The position numbers were made by a program, and so were the translations under genes. From NCBI GenBank assembly GCA_039801365.1, contig JBDRUN010000003.1, positions 2,146 to 66,145 on the forward strand: a stretch of DNA of 64,000 nt. The letters are read 5' to 3'. The notes below the pieces were generated by a model. The model was not told the origin of the DNA and made no database searches. It saw only the letters and a program-made list of their open reading frames with translations. Source of the DNA: a candidate division WOR-3 bacterium (lineage in GTDB: Bacteria > Hydrothermota > Tepidihabitantia > Tepidihabitantales > Tepidihabitantaceae). Position 1 is the stretch's first letter, and the number at the start of each line of letters is the position of its first letter. Below are positions 1 to 12,581 of this stretch, piece by piece.

Positions 1-2
1 AG

Positions 3-893
<891 letters not shown>

Positions 894-896
894 CGA

Positions 897-1043
897 ATGC
901 GGACACAGATTACGCTGGCGTGCGGCGAGTGTAAGCGACGTAACTACCACACGACCAAGAATAAGAAGAAGACCGAACGATTGACGCTTTCCAAGTACTG
1001 CCGGTTCTGTCGCAAGCAGACCGAGCATAAGGAAGTGAAGTAG
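897..1043 (+). CDS. rpmG: 50S ribosomal protein L33
   Basis: Hand translation [48 protein letters not shown]; classic zinc-ribbon L33, immediately after tuf. Not in the ORF track (<60 aa). Confidence 0.85.
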   Translation: MRTQITLACGECKRRNYHTTKNKKKTERLTLSKYCRFCRKQTEHKEVK

Positions 1044-1128
1044 GAACGCATCATGCACCACGCGTCACGCTTCGTGCCAGAATGTGGGTGCTGGTATTGT
1101 GCGTCTCAAGTCGAGGTTTTTCAAACGA

Positions 1129-1201
1129 AGGCCAGTAGCTCTAACGGCAGAGCGGCGGACTCCAAATCCGTAGGTTGGGGGTTCAAATCCCTCCTGGCCT
1201 G
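1129..1201 (+). tRNA. trnW: tRNA-Trp (anticodon CCA)
   Basis: 73-nt cloverleaf: acceptor AGGCCAG/CTGGCCT, D-arm GCTC..GAGC, anticodon loop CT-CCA-AA, T-arm GGGGGTTCAAATCCCTC; canonical position between rpmG and secE. Confidence 0.85.
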
Positions 1202-1267
1202 TAGACGATCGGGCGAAGAGCAGGGCCCGCTTTTCGACTTGCCAGTTTTTCGTCACGGTAGCCAAGC

Positions 1268-1459
1268 GTGAGTATCGTAAAGCGTATCAGGAATTACTTG
1301 ATTGAGGTCGTGGCCGAGATGAAGAAAGTGTCGTGGGTCAAGCGCAAGGAGCTTTTCACGACGACAGTTGTGGTCATCGTTTTTTCAGCCCTGCTGGCAG
1401 TTTTCATTGGCATCTTTGACCTCATCTTTTCCCGGCTGCTACACCTTGTACTCCGGTAG
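1268..1459 (+). CDS. secE: Preprotein translocase subunit SecE
   Basis: 63-aa protein with a single C-terminal TM helix (VVIVFSALLAVFIGIFDLIF), WVKRKELF motif; synteny before nusG. Confidence 0.85.
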   Translation: MSIVKRIRNYLIEVVAEMKKVSWVKRKELFTTTVVVIVFSALLAVFIGIFDLIFSRLLHLVLR

Positions 1460-1474
1460 GCGGCGTCCCAAGGT

Positions 1475-1999
1475 ATGAAGTTTTTTGTGGTCCATACCTA
1501 CACCGGCCGGGAGCGTCGGGTCAAAGAGCTATTGGAGAAGGCAATTGAGGCCAGTGGTTTGAAGGAGTCATTTGGCCGGGTAATCATGCCGGCCGAAAAG
1601 GTTACCAGGGTAAGGAAATCGAAGCTTGTGGCCGAGGAGCGTCGGCTTTATCCAGGCTACATCGTGGTCGAAATGGAGCCGAGTGAGGCAGCCCTGAACC
1701 TTGTCAACGCTATTCCCGGTGTCACGCACATGTTGGGTACGCGCAAGGAGCCGATTCCACTGTCCGAGGAGGAGGTGGCTTCGATGCTTGAGCAGATTGA
1801 GCGGGGACTGGACCGGGCCCAACCCGAGGCACCCTTTGAGAAAGGCGAAAATGTCAAGGTGGCAAAGGGGCCTTTTGCCGGGTTCACTGGTCAGGTTGAG
1901 GAGATTTTCGCCGAGCGGCGGCGGGTCAAGGTAACGGTCACAATCTTCGGTCGGCCGACACCAATTGATTTGGATTTCTTGGACGTACAGCCGATATGA
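1475..1999 (+). CDS. nusG: Transcription termination/antitermination factor NusG
   Basis: NGN domain start MKFFVVHTYTGRE, C-terminal KOW motif (GENVKVAKGPFAGFTGQVEEI); synteny. Confidence 0.9.
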   Translation: MKFFVVHTYTGRERRVKELLEKAIEASGLKESFGRVIMPAEKVTRVRKSKLVAEERRLYPGYIVVEMEPSEAALNLVNAIPGVTHMLGTRKEPIPLSEEEVASMLEQIERGLDRAQPEAPFEKGENVKVAKGPFAGFTGQVEEIFAERRRVKVTVTIFGRPTPIDLDFLDVQPI

Positions 2000-2085
2000 T
2001 GACTATGCCACGCATCGTGCTGCACGATTGTGCCGGCATCCAGCGGCATGCGTCGTGCGTCGGATCTTTCAAGAGGAGCGAGTGA

Positions 2086-2514
2086 ATGGCAAAGAAGGTT
2101 ACGGCAGTTGTAAGGCTCCAGATTCCCGCCGGCCAGGCAACGGCGGCTCCGCCGGTTGGGCCAGCACTAGGTCAGCACGGAGTGAACATTGCAGAGTTTA
2201 TCAAGGCCTTCAACGAGGCTACTCGTAAGGAACCGCCCGGCATGGTGATTCCGGTTGTGCTGACCGTTTACTCAGACAGAAAGTTTACGTTCGTAACCAA
2301 GAGTCCGCCCGCGTCCGTCCTCCTGAAACAAGCCGCGGGGCTGGCTAAAGGTTCGAGCGAACCGAACCGTAGCAAAGTAGGAACAGTGAGTCGTAAGGCG
2401 GTGCGCGAAATCGCTGAACGGAAGCTGCGGGACCTGAATGCGAACAGCCTTGAGGCAGCGGTCAAGATTATCGAAGGCACTGCCCACACAATGGGGCTGA
2501 CAGTGGAGGATTGA
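2086..2514 (+). CDS. rplK: 50S ribosomal protein L11
   Basis: [35 protein letters not shown] is the L11 N-terminal consensus. Confidence 0.95.
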   Translation: MAKKVTAVVRLQIPAGQATAAPPVGPALGQHGVNIAEFIKAFNEATRKEPPGMVIPVVLTVYSDRKFTFVTKSPPASVLLKQAAGLAKGSSEPNRSKVGTVSRKAVREIAERKLRDLNANSLEAAVKIIEGTAHTMGLTVED

Positions 2515-3215
2515 TGCGGCACAGTAAGCGCTATCGCAAGGCGGTCGAAGGTACTGACCGGCAGCGTACATACACGCTCGACGAGGCAGTAGCGATAGTC
2601 AAGGCGCGAGCGACGGCGAAGTTTGACGAGTCGGTTGATATTGCCGTGCGTCTGGGGATAGACCCGAAGAAACAGGATCAGGCGGTGCGTGGCACTGTCG
2701 CGCTGCCGCATGGTACGGGCAAGAGAGTACGAGTGCTTGTGTTCTGCAAGGGCGACAAGGAGGCTGAGGCGAAGGCGGCGGGTGCAGATTACGTCGGGTT
2801 TGAGGACCTTGTGCAGAAAATCAGCGAGGGTTGGCTTGAGTTTGACGCCGCGGTGGCGACACCGGATACGATGCCGGTCGTTGGCCGGCTGGGCAAGATT
2901 CTGGCACCGAAGGGACTGATGCCTTCGCCCAAGACCAGGACGGTCACCTTCGACGTCGGGCCAGCGGTTGCGGCACTGAAGGCCGGGCAGATCAGCTACC
3001 GGGCTGACAAGACCGGTAACGTGCACGCGTTGGTAGGCAAGGCCTCTTTCGGACATCAGCAATTGGCCGAGAATGTGCGCACGTTCATGGTCGAACTGCT
3101 CCGGGCCAAGCCGGCTTCGGCCAAGGGACAGTTTGTCCGCAAGGTTGTTTTGTCCTCGACAATGGGGCCGGCAGTGAAGGTTGATACCCGCGAGTTCCTC
3201 GCCGCGGGGCGATAA
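2511..3215 (+). CDS. rplA: 50S ribosomal protein L1
   Basis: L1 family sequence ([33 protein letters not shown]); ATGATG start overlaps the rplK stop. Confidence 0.95.
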   Translation: MMRHSKRYRKAVEGTDRQRTYTLDEAVAIVKARATAKFDESVDIAVRLGIDPKKQDQAVRGTVALPHGTGKRVRVLVFCKGDKEAEAKAAGADYVGFEDLVQKISEGWLEFDAAVATPDTMPVVGRLGKILAPKGLMPSPKTRTVTFDVGPAVAALKAGQISYRADKTGNVHALVGKASFGHQQLAENVRTFMVELLRAKPASAKGQFVRKVVLSSTMGPAVKVDTREFLAAGR

Positions 3216-3258
3216 TGGACAGAGCGGTAAGGGATTGGACGACGGACCGGAGGCGATA

Positions 3259-3798
3259 ATGCCGAGGCAAGAAAAGATAGGAGAAGTGGCCGAACTACGA
3301 GACAAGGTCAGCCGTGCTTCGGCGCTGTATTTTGTGGATTTTACTGCGGTTGGCGCAAACGACTTCAACACGGTGCGCCGGCGGCTGCGCGAAACTGGTG
3401 CAACAGTTAGGGTGGCGAAGAATCGGCTCGCGAAGCGGGCGCTAGAGGAAAACGGCGTAGCCCCGGAGGCGTTGAAGTTCCTGCGTGGGCCGACTTCGCT
3501 CGTGCTCGGCGCCGAGGACCCGATTGCGCCAGCTCGGACCCTGCGGGAGATAGTAAAAAAGATCGAAGCGTTGAAAGTGAAGGGCGCGTATGTTGACGGC
3601 GTGGTGTACTCGGCGGACAAGTTCGCATTTCTGGCCTCGCTGCCGACAAAGGCAGACCTACAGGGGCAACTTGTGGGCGTTTTGGCCGCGCCTATTCAAG
3701 CACTCGCGCTTGGACTTGAGCAGCTTGTGGCCGAGCTCGTATTCGTGATGGAAGAACTTGCGAAGCGGCCGTCCAACACCCCGGTTGAGGGCACATAG
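3259..3798 (+). CDS. rplJ: 50S ribosomal protein L10
   Basis: Start placed at the internal ATG (MPRQEKIGEVAELRDKV) preceded by GGAGGCG RBS; L10 family; the ORF-track 5' extension from 3181 overlaps rplA and is unlikely. Confidence 0.9.
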   Translation: MPRQEKIGEVAELRDKVSRASALYFVDFTAVGANDFNTVRRRLRETGATVRVAKNRLAKRALEENGVAPEALKFLRGPTSLVLGAEDPIAPARTLREIVKKIEALKVKGAYVDGVVYSADKFAFLASLPTKADLQGQLVGVLAAPIQALALGLEQLVAELVFVMEELAKRPSNTPVEGT

Positions 3799-3945
3799 AG
3801 AATTGCTGCTACTAAGCCGAATGTCTAGTACTGACCGGAAGGCAAATGTGCGTTCGACATCCGGAAGTCGGGGTGACCTCGGAAGCCCGGCCCGGGTTTC
3901 GGACTCTCTAAAGGAATCCCGGCGCAAAGCGCCGGTTAAGGAGGA

Positions 3946-4347
3946 ATGATGGCAGAAGGTAAAGTTCAGCAGGTTGTCGAGACAATCGAGGGGCTGACCG
4001 TGACCGAGCTGGCAGCCTTGGTAAAGGAGTTGAAGGAAAAGTTTGGTGTGTCAGGGCCGGCTTTTGTCGCCACAGGGCCGGCGCCGGCAGCGGGCGCCGT
4101 AGCCGCCGCGCCGGCTGAAGCTGGGGCTGAGGAACAAACTGAGTTTACCGTCCAGCTGGTTTCAGTCGGTGACAAGAAAATCCAGGTCCTGAAGGAGCTG
4201 CGAGCCGTTACTCAGCTCGGACTCAAGGAAGCCAAAGACATCATTGACCACGTACCGAGTACGATCAAAGAGAACGTTTCGAAGGAAGAGGCACAGAAGA
4301 TAAAGACGAAGCTGGAAGAAGTCGGAGCCAAGGTCGAGATAAAGTGA
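3946..4347 (+). CDS. rplL: 50S ribosomal protein L7/L12
   Basis: N-terminal dimerisation helix, Ala/Pro-rich hinge ([15 protein letters not shown]), conserved C-terminal domain (KVGVIKAVR-like, [26 protein letters not shown]). Confidence 0.9.
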   Translation: MMAEGKVQQVVETIEGLTVTELAALVKELKEKFGVSGPAFVATGPAPAAGAVAAAPAEAGAEEQTEFTVQLVSVGDKKIQVLKELRAVTQLGLKEAKDIIDHVPSTIKENVSKEEAQKIKTKLEEVGAKVEIK

Positions 4348-4361
4348 CAGCAACGCTGTCA
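4345..4361 (+). terminator. Hairpin overlapping the rplL stop (TGACAGC-aac-GCTGTCA), candidate rplL-rpoB attenuator
   Basis: Perfect 7-bp stem/3-nt loop read directly; sits where the known rplL-rpoB attenuator lies in other bacteria; no T-tract. Confidence 0.35.
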
Positions 4362-4408
4362 CCTCAAGAAGCACGGCCGATGCGGGGTCGAGTCCGGCCC
4401 AAGAACTT

Positions 4409-7400
4409 GTGTCGGCCGACCATAACCAGCCGAAACGCGGTGGTCTAACAACCATGGAGGCAGCCAGGATGAAGCAGAAGGACTTCGCCAAGACGGGCAC
4501 CTTCCTGGAAATCCCCAACCTGCTCTCGCTTCAGCTCAACTCGTTTGCCGATTTCGTTCAGCACGGAGTAGAGCCGGCTCAGCGCAAGCGTCAGGGTCTC
4601 GAACTGGTGCTAAAAGAGACATTCCCGATTGAAGACGTGCATAAGAACTTCAGTCTTGAGTACGTCAGCTACAGCTTCGGCGAGCCGAAGTACTCGCCTG
4701 AGGAGGCAATCGCCAAGGGTGTCAATTACTCGATGCCGCTCAAGGTCGTGTTCCGGATGGTTCGCAAGGACCCTGCGCAAGAGACGGCAAAACCGATCGA
4801 GGTACTCGAGCAGGAGGTTTTCTTCTGCGAGCTGCCCTGGATGACCGTGAACGGGACCTTCATCATCAACGGGGTGGAGCGGGTGGTTGTGAACCAGCTC
4901 CACCGGGCACCGGGGGTTTACTATTCGCAGGAGGGCGGGGAATATTCAGGGCTCCTTGTGCCACTGCGCGGCGCCTGGTTTGAGGTAGTTGTTGACCGGC
5001 ATCGGACGATGGTGGTGCTACTCGACCGCAAACGCAGAATTTCGGCGGCGACGTTCATGCAGGCGATCGGGTTCACCCACGAGGACCTGATTGAACGGTT
5101 GTACAAGGTTGAGCGCCGTCGGCTGGCTCCAGGCCAGATGCTGGCTAAAGCCATCCGAGATGGCGAGGTAGTTCTTGCCCGGCCGGGCGAGTTCGTGACC
5201 CAAGGGCTCTTGGATTTTCTTGCAACCAAGGGAATCACCGAGGGCGACGTAGTTGACGCCGAGCTACCCGGCGTGGATATACTGGCCAATACCCTGCAGG
5301 CGGACAGAGCTGATTCCAAGGAAGATGCAATCAAGCAGATCTACTATCGGCTGCGCTCGATCGCCCCACATTCGCTTGAGGTAGCGGAGAACGTCATCGT
5401 CGGAATGCTGTTTGATCCTAAGCGGTTCGATCTTTCGGAAGTCGGACGGTACAAACTCAACCGCCGACTGATGCGCAAGGTGCCGCTGGAGGAAACCGGT
5501 CTGCTCAAGGACGATGTCGTGGCAATCATTGCACAACTTCTCGCTCTCGCTGGAGAGGCGCGGTTGCGACGGATTCGGTGTACGACCAGGAACGCTGCCG
5601 AGCGTTCGTCGGTTCTTGAGATGCTGAAGGAAGCCGGGGTGGAGCCGGGACAGGAGTTCTGGCACGAACGACTGACAGTGCTGGAGCTGACCTACCGCAT
5701 GGGCGAGGAAGGAGAGCGGGCTGAGGAGGTACTGCGCAAGGCCGGAGTGAAGTTCACTAGCGAGCTCGTGAGGCTCCAGCCGGACGATGTTGATCACCTG
5801 TCGAACCGGCGGGTCAAGCAGGTCGGTGAACTCTTGGAAAACCAGTTTCGGGCCGCGCTGATGCAATTGGCGCAGACCATTCGAGAACGGGTCGCGTTTG
5901 TCGACGAGAGCCAACTTAACCCGCAGGAGCTGGTCAATACCCGTGTGGTGGCCAATGCCGTGATGAAGTTCTTCACCCAGAGTCAGCTGTGTCAGTTTAT
6001 GGAGCAGACCAATCCGCTGGCCGAGCTTACCCACAAGCGGCGGGTTTCAACGCTCGGACCTGGCGGCCTGACGAGAGAGACGGCCGGCTTTGAAGTCCGG
6101 GACGTTCACTATTCGCACTATGGCCGTATCTGTCCGATTGAGACACCGGAGGGTCCCAACATCGGGTTGATTTCGACAATCTCGACCTATGCCAATGTAG
6201 ACCGTTATGGGTTCATCGACACGCCTTACTGGCCGGTACGGGAAGGCAAGGTCATGATTGGCGCCGGCAATGAGGTTTTCCTGAATCCGGAAGAAGAGGA
6301 ACGTTACACCATCGCTCAGGCCCATGCCGAACTGACTCCGGATAACCGGTTCGCCAAGGAAGAAGTCGTCTGCCGACGCCAGGGCGACGTCGTCGTTGTA
6401 CCGCCAGCCGAGGTTGACTTCATGGACGTGTCGCCGATGCAGATTTTTTCGCCTTCAACGATTCTTATTCCGTTCCTGGAACATGACGACGCCGACCGGG
6501 CACTGATGGGATCGAACATGGAACGTCAGGCGGTGCCGCTGCTGGAACCGCAGCGACCGCTGGTTGCGACCGGTGTCGAGGAGAAGTTCGCAACCGAGTC
6601 GGGTGCGGTGCTGCGCGCAAGTGAGGCCGGCGTAGTTACCAAGGTTGACGCGCGGACGATTGTCGTGAGGACCGAGACCGGTCTCGTGGAATATAAGCTG
6701 CTCAAGTACAAGAAGTCGAATCAGTACACCTGTTTGTCCCAGCGGCCGGTGGTGAAAGTCGGTGACGTCGTCAAGCAGGGCGACCTGTTGGCCGATGGTC
6801 CGGGAACCGAGGGTGGTCAGCTCGCGCTGGGCCGCAATGTACTCGTCGCGTTTGTGCCTTGGCGCGGGTACAACTACGAGGACGCAATCATCGTTTCGGA
6901 AAAGCTTCTGGCCGATGATGCGTTTACATCTATCCAGATACTGGAGTTTGAGATTCAGGCTCGTGAGACCAAACTCGGACCTGAGGAGATAACTCGTGAT
7001 ATTCCGGGTGCCACCGAAGACGACCTGCGCAACCTAGACGAATTCGGGGTGATAAGAGTCGGTGCCGAGGTCGGACCAGATGATATTTTGGTCGGCCGGA
7101 TTACGCCCAAAGGTGAGACTGAGTTCACACCCGAAGAAAGGCTGTTGCGGGCCATCTTTGGCGAGAAGGCCTCGAATGTCAAGGACACTTCGCTTCGGGT
7201 TGACCCGGGTGTATTCGGGGTTGTGGTCAACCGGCGGATTCTGTCGCGCAAGCTCGGGGACCCGATGTCGCGCCGACTGGAGAAGGAACGGGCTGGTGAT
7301 GCCGAACACAAGTTCGAGCTCCGAAAGCAGTTCCTTCTGGAGCGACGCAACGGCAAGCTGCGTTCGGTGCTGCGCGACCAGAAGGCAGCAGCGCCGGCCA

Positions 7401-8419
7401 AGGACGCCAAAGGTCGCATTGTGCACAAGGCCGGCCATCCGATTACCGATGAGTTTCTGGAGTCTGATGAGTTCAACCGGGTGCGGAACTTCGAGCAGTT
7501 GGTATCGAACCCAAAGAGACAGGCGGCAATCCGGGCAGCCATGAAGGAGTACGAGGACGGTCTCGCGGAGGCGGAGCGTGAAAAGCTCGCTGAACTGGAG
7601 CGTGTTACGCGTGGCGACGAGCTGCCTCACGGTGTCTTGAAATGGATAACGGTATTCATCGCCCAGAAACGCCGGCTGTCCTGCGGCGACAAGATGGCGG
7701 GCCGGCACGGTAACAAAGGCGTAGTGTCGAAGGTCCTGCCCGTCGAAGATATGCCCTACATAGCGGTCGGTGCTGAAGATGGGGTATCTGAGACTGTGCG
7801 CGGGATGAGGGGGTTGCCGGTTGACATCGTGCTGAACCCGCTGGGTGTGCCCTCAAGGATGAACCTCGGTCAGGTTCTCGAGACGCACTTGGGCTGGGCC
7901 GCAAGCGTACTCGGGTACCAAGCGGTCTGCCCGGTATTTCGCTCAGCCACACCGGAGGACATCAAGGAGGAGCTACGTCAGGCCGGGCTGCCGGATGACG
8001 GCAAGATTACGATGTATGACGGCCGGACCGGTGAACCCTTCAAGGAGAAGATAACAACCGGGATGATCTACATGATGAAACTGGTCCACATGGTGGACGA
8101 CAAGATCCATGCCCGGTCAACAGGCCGGTATTCGCTCATTACTCAGCAACCGCTCGGGGGCAAGGCTCAATTTGGCGGCCAGCGGTTCGGCGAAATGGAG
8201 GTCTGGGCGCTTGAGGCGTATGGTGCAGCTCATGCTCTGCAGGAAATGCTGACGATAAAGTCGGACGATGTTGAGGGTCGGAGCGTGCTTTACGAGGCAC
8301 TGATTCGGGGCAAGAATCCGCCTCGGCCAAAACCACCGGCATCTTTCTCGGTTCTTGTCAAGGAACTCCAGGGCTTAGGACTGGAGTTGGTTCCAGAACG
8401 CAAGGAGGAGACGGTATGA
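4409..8419 (+). CDS. rpoB: DNA-directed RNA polymerase subunit beta
   Basis: 1336-aa ORF with all conserved beta regions (rifampicin-cluster region QLSQFMDQTNPL-like = QLCQFMEQTNPLAELTHKRR, GDKMAGRHGNKGV, FGGQRFGEMEVWALEAYGAAH). True start may be one of the internal Met at 4454 or 4469. Confidence 0.95.
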   Translation: MSADHNQPKRGGLTTMEAARMKQKDFAKTGTFLEIPNLLSLQLNSFADFVQHGVEPAQRKRQGLELVLKETFPIEDVHKNFSLEYVSYSFGEPKYSPEEAIAKGVNYSMPLKVVFRMVRKDPAQETAKPIEVLEQEVFFCELPWMTVNGTFIINGVERVVVNQLHRAPGVYYSQEGGEYSGLLVPLRGAWFEVVVDRHRTMVVLLDRKRRISAATFMQAIGFTHEDLIERLYKVERRRLAPGQMLAKAIRDGEVVLARPGEFVTQGLLDFLATKGITEGDVVDAELPGVDILANTLQADRADSKEDAIKQIYYRLRSIAPHSLEVAENVIVGMLFDPKRFDLSEVGRYKLNRRLMRKVPLEETGLLKDDVVAIIAQLLALAGEARLRRIRCTTRNAAERSSVLEMLKEAGVEPGQEFWHERLTVLELTYRMGEEGERAEEVLRKAGVKFTSELVRLQPDDVDHLSNRRVKQVGELLENQFRAALMQLAQTIRERVAFVDESQLNPQELVNTRVVANAVMKFFTQSQLCQFMEQTNPLAELTHKRRVSTLGPGGLTRETAGFEVRDVHYSHYGRICPIETPEGPNIGLISTISTYANVDRYGFIDTPYWPVREGKVMIGAGNEVFLNPEEEERYTIAQAHAELTPDNRFAKEEVVCRRQGDVVVVPPAEVDFMDVSPMQIFSPSTILIPFLEHDDADRALMGSNMERQAVPLLEPQRPLVATGVEEKFATESGAVLRASEAGVVTKVDARTIVVRTETGLVEYKLLKYKKSNQYTCLSQRPVVKVGDVVKQGDLLADGPGTEGGQLALGRNVLVAFVPWRGYNYEDAIIVSEKLLADDAFTSIQILEFEIQARETKLGPEEITRDIPGATEDDLRNLDEFGVIRVGAEVGPDDILVGRITPKGETEFTPEERLLRAIFGEKASNVKDTSLRVDPGVFGVVVNRRILSRKLGDPMSRRLEKERAGDAEHKFELRKQFLLERRNGKLRSVLRDQKAAAPAKDAKGRIVHKAGHPITDEFLESDEFNRVRNFEQLVSNPKRQAAIRAAMKEYEDGLAEAEREKLAELERVTRGDELPHGVLKWITVFIAQKRRLSCGDKMAGRHGNKGVVSKVLPVEDMPYIAVGAEDGVSETVRGMRGLPVDIVLNPLGVPSRMNLGQVLETHLGWAASVLGYQAVCPVFRSATPEDIKEELRQAGLPDDGKITMYDGRTGEPFKEKITTGMIYMMKLVHMVDDKIHARSTGRYSLITQQPLGGKAQFGGQRFGEMEVWALEAYGAAHALQEMLTIKSDDVEGRSVLYEALIRGKNPPRPKPPASFSVLVKELQGLGLELVPERKEETV

Positions 8420-8504
8420 GGGGCGGACGACTACGGAGAACAGAAACAAGATGGCAGGCCGCTGCGTGGCAAGTTGGGGCGGGTGGACGAGGAGGGCGGA
8501 TACC

Positions 8505-11500
8505 ATGATTGCTGACAGGGATTTCCGAGACTTTGACGCACTGCGGCTGCGGATTGCATCGCCGGAAACAATCCGGAGCTGGTCCTCGGGCGAGGTGATA
8601 AAGCCCGAGACAATCAACTACCGCACCCAGAAGCCGGAACGGGACGGACTGTTCTGTGAGCGCGTGTTTGGTCCGGTGAAGGACTATGAGTGTAACTGTG
8701 GTAAGTACAAGAAGATTCGGTATAAGGGCATTGTGTGCGACCGTTGTGGCGTCGAGGTGACGACTTCGGCGGTGCGGCGTCATCGGATGGGGCACATCGA
8801 ACTGGTCGTGCCGGTTGCCCACACGTTGTTCTACCAGGTGCCACCTTCGAAGATTGGGCTCATGCTGGCGCTTTCCATCAACCAAGTCGAGGCAGTGCTG
8901 AATTACGAGGCATATGTGGTGATTGAGCCAGGCGACTCGCCGCTCAAGAAGATGGACCTTTTGGCTGAAGAGGACTATCGTGAGTACAGCCGTCGGTACG
9001 ATGGTTTTGAGGCAGGGACTGGTGCGGCCGCAATCAAGACACTATTGTCCAAGATCGAACTGGAAGACCTTGCCGCAGAACTACGTGCTCGGATTAAGCA
9101 CGAGACTTCCCGTCGGTTTGACCTACTACGGCGACTTCGGGTGGTTGAGGCGTTCCGGACTTCGGGTGCCCAGCCGGAGTGGATGGTGCTCGAGGTGCTG
9201 CCGGTGATTCCTCCTGACCTGCGGCCGCTAGTGCCGTTGGAGGGAGGGCGTTATGCTACCTCCGACCTGAACGATTTGTATAAACGGGTCATTGTCCGAA
9301 ATAACCGGCTCAAGCACCTGATGTCAATCAAGACTCCGGAGATTATTCTCAAGAATGAGAAGCGGATGCTGCAAGATGCCGTAGATACACTCTTCTCGAA
9401 CGAGACCCGGCCCAGGCCGGTGCGGGGCAGAGGAAACCGGCCGCTGAAATCGCTGTGCGAGGCACTGCGGGGCAAACAGGGCCGGTTTCGTCGTAATCTT
9501 CTGGGCAAGCGGGTTGACTACTCTGGCCGGTCGGTCATTGTGGTCGAGCCGACGCTGAAGCTTCACGAGTGCAGTCTGCCAAAGGAAATGGCCCTGGAGT
9601 TGTTCAAGCCGATGATTCTCAGACAATTGGAGGAACGTCGGCTGGCCGAATCTGAGCGAGGAGCAAAATCAATGTACCGGAAGGAGGCGCCCGAGGTATG
9701 GGAGGTGCTTGAGGAGGTGACGCGCGAGCACCCGGTACTGCTGAACCGCGCACCGACTCTGCACCGAATCTCGGTCGAAGGTTTCTTTCCTCGGTTGTCC
9801 GAGCAACGGGCGATCGGGATTCATCCGCTCGTGTGCCCGCCGTTCAACGCCGATTTTGACGGTGACACGATGTCGGTGCACGTACCGCTGACGCCAGAGG
9901 CGATCCTCGAAACAGCGGTACTCACCCTTTCTTCCCACAATATTCTTTCGCCTGCGCACGGCCGACCGCTGATGGTGCCGTCGCAGGACATTGTGGCCGG
10001 GGTGTACTTCATGACCAAAACCAGGCCTTCCCGCGGCGAGGCGAAGAAACACTTTGACGACTTCGCTACAGTGCACTCGGCCTATGAACTAGGTGAGCTT
10101 GATATCCACGAGCCGGTTAAGTTTCATTACGAAGGCAAGGTCTACGATACGACGGTGGGGCGGGTGCTTTTTAACGAGGTGTTGCCCAAGTCGCTGCGGT
10201 TTGTGAACGAGACCTATGGTAAGGATAAGCTCGTGGCGGCAGTTGACCTGTGTTCGCGAACTCTCGGCATGGACGCGACGGCGAAACTGTTGGACGACAT
10301 CAAGGACCTGGGATTTGAGATGGCAACGAGGTCCGGACTGTCAATCGGCATGGATGACGTGACCGTGCCGCCGGAGAAGGCTGAAGTACTCGAGCGTTCG
10401 GAGAAGGCGCTGCGCCGGGTTCAGCGGGCGTACGAGCGTGGGCTGATGACCGATGCCGAGAAGTACAACTTGGTAGTGAATACTTGGACACTGGCTACAG
10501 CCGAGGTCGAAGAAGCGCTGATGAAGCGGTTGAGCCAGGACCAGGAGGGATTCAACCCGGTTTTCATGCTGATTGACTCTGGCGCGCGAGGTTCCCGGAC
10601 TCAGGCTTCGCAGATCGGCGGGATGCGCGGCCTGATGGCTAAACCGCAGCGCCGGTCGGTCGGCGAGGAGGTTATTGAGACCCCGATCAAGAGTTCCTTC
10701 CGCGAAGGGTTGTCGGTCTGGGAGTATTTCATCTCGACCCACGGTGCGCGCAAAGGTCTTACCGATACCGCGCTCAAGACCGCGGAGGCCGGTTACCTAA
10801 CACGCCGCCTTGTGGACGTGGCGCAGGACGTTGTAATAACCCAGGAGGACTGTGGCACAATTCTTGGTCAGGAAGTTACCGCACTGCGAGAGGGCGGTGA
10901 GGTCGTCGAGCCTCTGGCGGAGCGCATCGCGGGCCGATTCGCGGTGGACGATGTCGTGAATCCGATCTCAGGCGAGGTTATCGTCCGGGCAGGAGATGAA
11001 ATTTCGGACAAAGCAGCTCAAGAGATCGAAGATTACGGTATCGAGAAAGTCAGGGTCAGGTCGGTTTTGACCTGCGAGACACCGGGCGGGTTGTGCGTGA
11101 AATGCTACGGCCGTAATCTCGCAACCGGCCGAATTGTGGAAATCGGCGAAGCGGTTGGCGTTGTCGCGGCGCAGTCAATTGGCGAACCGGGTACCCAGCT
11201 TACGCTCAAGACGTTCCACGTCGGCGGTGTCTCAGCCCGCGTGGCGGAGCAGACCAAGGCCACGGCCAAGTACTCGGGTCACGTGAAGTATGAAGGGTTG
11301 GTGGTCTCGGCCCGGTCCGATGGTGAGACGGTGGCGCTCGACCAAGGTCGGATAGTGGTGACTGCTCCGGACCGGGCGGTGCCATTCAATGTACCAGCAG
11401 GTGCGGTTGTCCGGGTCAAAGACGGGCAGGACGTGGCTGAAGGCGAGACGCTCTTTGAGTGGGAGCCGTACTCGATTCCGATCATGGCGAAGGCAGCGGG

Positions 11501-12521
11501 TAAGGTTGTGTACCACGACATTGAGGTTGGCATCACAGTGCGGGAAGACATTGACGAACGGACCGAGCGGATGCAGCGGATCATTACCGAAGACCGGCAG
11601 AAGCGGCGCCACCCGAGAATCACGGTTGTGAACGCGAAGGGCAAGACACTGGAAACCCATGCCCTGCCGGCCGGAGCTTACCTTGTGGCCGACGATGGCA
11701 CTGAGGTTGTGCCAGGTGACACGCTGGCACGGTTGCTGCGAGAGATGGGCCGGACTAGGGATATAACCGGCGGTCTGCCAAAGGTGGCCGAACTGTTTGA
11801 GGCCAAGCACGTGAAGGACCCGGCGGTTATCTCGGAGATTGACGGCACGGTTCATGTCGGCGAGCCTAAGGAGGGCATCCGGGAGGTGAGGGTCACTTCT
11901 GAGGGTGGAACCGACAAAGTTTACGAGATCCCGTACGGCAAGTATCTCTTGGTCCAGACTGGCGACCAGGTTCTCGCCGGCGACAAGCTGTGCGAGGGTT
12001 CGGTTGACCCACACGATGTTCTTAGAGTCAAGGGTTGGCTGGCCGTGCAGGAGTTCCTGACTAACCAGATTCAGGCGGTATACCGGCTGCAGAAGGTGAA
12101 AATCAACGACAAACACATCTCGGTGATTGTCCGACAGATGCTGCGTAAGGTGAAGGTCATTGACGCTGGCGATTCGAACTTCATCGAGGGTGAAATTGTT
12201 GAGCGGAGAAGACTATACGAGGAAAACCAGAAGCTTGTGGCCGAGAACCTGCGGCCGGCAAGTTTTCAGCCGATACTTCTCGGCATAACACGCGCGGCGC
12301 TCTTGACCGACAGCTTCCTTTCCGCAGCATCATTCCAGGAAACCACCCGGGTGCTGTCCGAGGCTGCAATCCAGGGTCGGCTGGACAAGCTCCGCGGGCT
12401 AAAGGAGAATGTCATCGTTGGCAGGCTGGTTCCGGCCGGCACCGGGTTCCGAGAGTTCTGCCGGATCAAGCTTGCTACTGAGGAGCCAAAAAAGGGTGAG
12501 CAGGAGGTAGCTTCAGAATGA
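8505..12521 (+). CDS. rpoC: DNA-directed RNA polymerase subunit beta prime
   Basis: Start set at ATG 8505 ([21 protein letters not shown]) with GGAGGGCGG RBS 9 nt upstream; zinc finger [23 protein letters not shown] catalytic motif, full-length beta-prime. Confidence 0.95.
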   Translation: MIADRDFRDFDALRLRIASPETIRSWSSGEVIKPETINYRTQKPERDGLFCERVFGPVKDYECNCGKYKKIRYKGIVCDRCGVEVTTSAVRRHRMGHIELVVPVAHTLFYQVPPSKIGLMLALSINQVEAVLNYEAYVVIEPGDSPLKKMDLLAEEDYREYSRRYDGFEAGTGAAAIKTLLSKIELEDLAAELRARIKHETSRRFDLLRRLRVVEAFRTSGAQPEWMVLEVLPVIPPDLRPLVPLEGGRYATSDLNDLYKRVIVRNNRLKHLMSIKTPEIILKNEKRMLQDAVDTLFSNETRPRPVRGRGNRPLKSLCEALRGKQGRFRRNLLGKRVDYSGRSVIVVEPTLKLHECSLPKEMALELFKPMILRQLEERRLAESERGAKSMYRKEAPEVWEVLEEVTREHPVLLNRAPTLHRISVEGFFPRLSEQRAIGIHPLVCPPFNADFDGDTMSVHVPLTPEAILETAVLTLSSHNILSPAHGRPLMVPSQDIVAGVYFMTKTRPSRGEAKKHFDDFATVHSAYELGELDIHEPVKFHYEGKVYDTTVGRVLFNEVLPKSLRFVNETYGKDKLVAAVDLCSRTLGMDATAKLLDDIKDLGFEMATRSGLSIGMDDVTVPPEKAEVLERSEKALRRVQRAYERGLMTDAEKYNLVVNTWTLATAEVEEALMKRLSQDQEGFNPVFMLIDSGARGSRTQASQIGGMRGLMAKPQRRSVGEEVIETPIKSSFREGLSVWEYFISTHGARKGLTDTALKTAEAGYLTRRLVDVAQDVVITQEDCGTILGQEVTALREGGEVVEPLAERIAGRFAVDDVVNPISGEVIVRAGDEISDKAAQEIEDYGIEKVRVRSVLTCETPGGLCVKCYGRNLATGRIVEIGEAVGVVAAQSIGEPGTQLTLKTFHVGGVSARVAEQTKATAKYSGHVKYEGLVVSARSDGETVALDQGRIVVTAPDRAVPFNVPAGAVVRVKDGQDVAEGETLFEWEPYSIPIMAKAAGKVVYHDIEVGITVREDIDERTERMQRIITEDRQKRRHPRITVVNAKGKTLETHALPAGAYLVADDGTEVVPGDTLARLLREMGRTRDITGGLPKVAELFEAKHVKDPAVISEIDGTVHVGEPKEGIREVRVTSEGGTDKVYEIPYGKYLLVQTGDQVLAGDKLCEGSVDPHDVLRVKGWLAVQEFLTNQIQAVYRLQKVKINDKHISVIVRQMLRKVKVIDAGDSNFIEGEIVERRRLYEENQKLVAENLRPASFQPILLGITRAALLTDSFLSAASFQETTRVLSEAAIQGRLDKLRGLKENVIVGRLVPAGTGFREFCRIKLATEEPKKGEQEVASE

Positions 12522-12581
12522 GAATTGTAGTCCCAGAGTTCACAGTACAAAGTTCAGGTGCTACGCAGGAGGTGGTGTAGT

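Noticed and set aside
1053-1271. ORFs 1053-1271 (+) and 1065-1265 (-)
   Set aside because: They cover the tRNA-Trp gene and the rpmG-secE spacer; artefacts of high GC.
2268-3620. 450-aa minus-strand ORF antisense to rplK-rplA-rplJ, and similar long antisense ORFs across rpoB/rpoC (e.g. 5264-6034, 11232-12116)
   Set aside because: Antisense to universally conserved ribosomal and RNAP genes with no recognisable motifs; typical stop-codon-poor antisense frames in GC-rich DNA.
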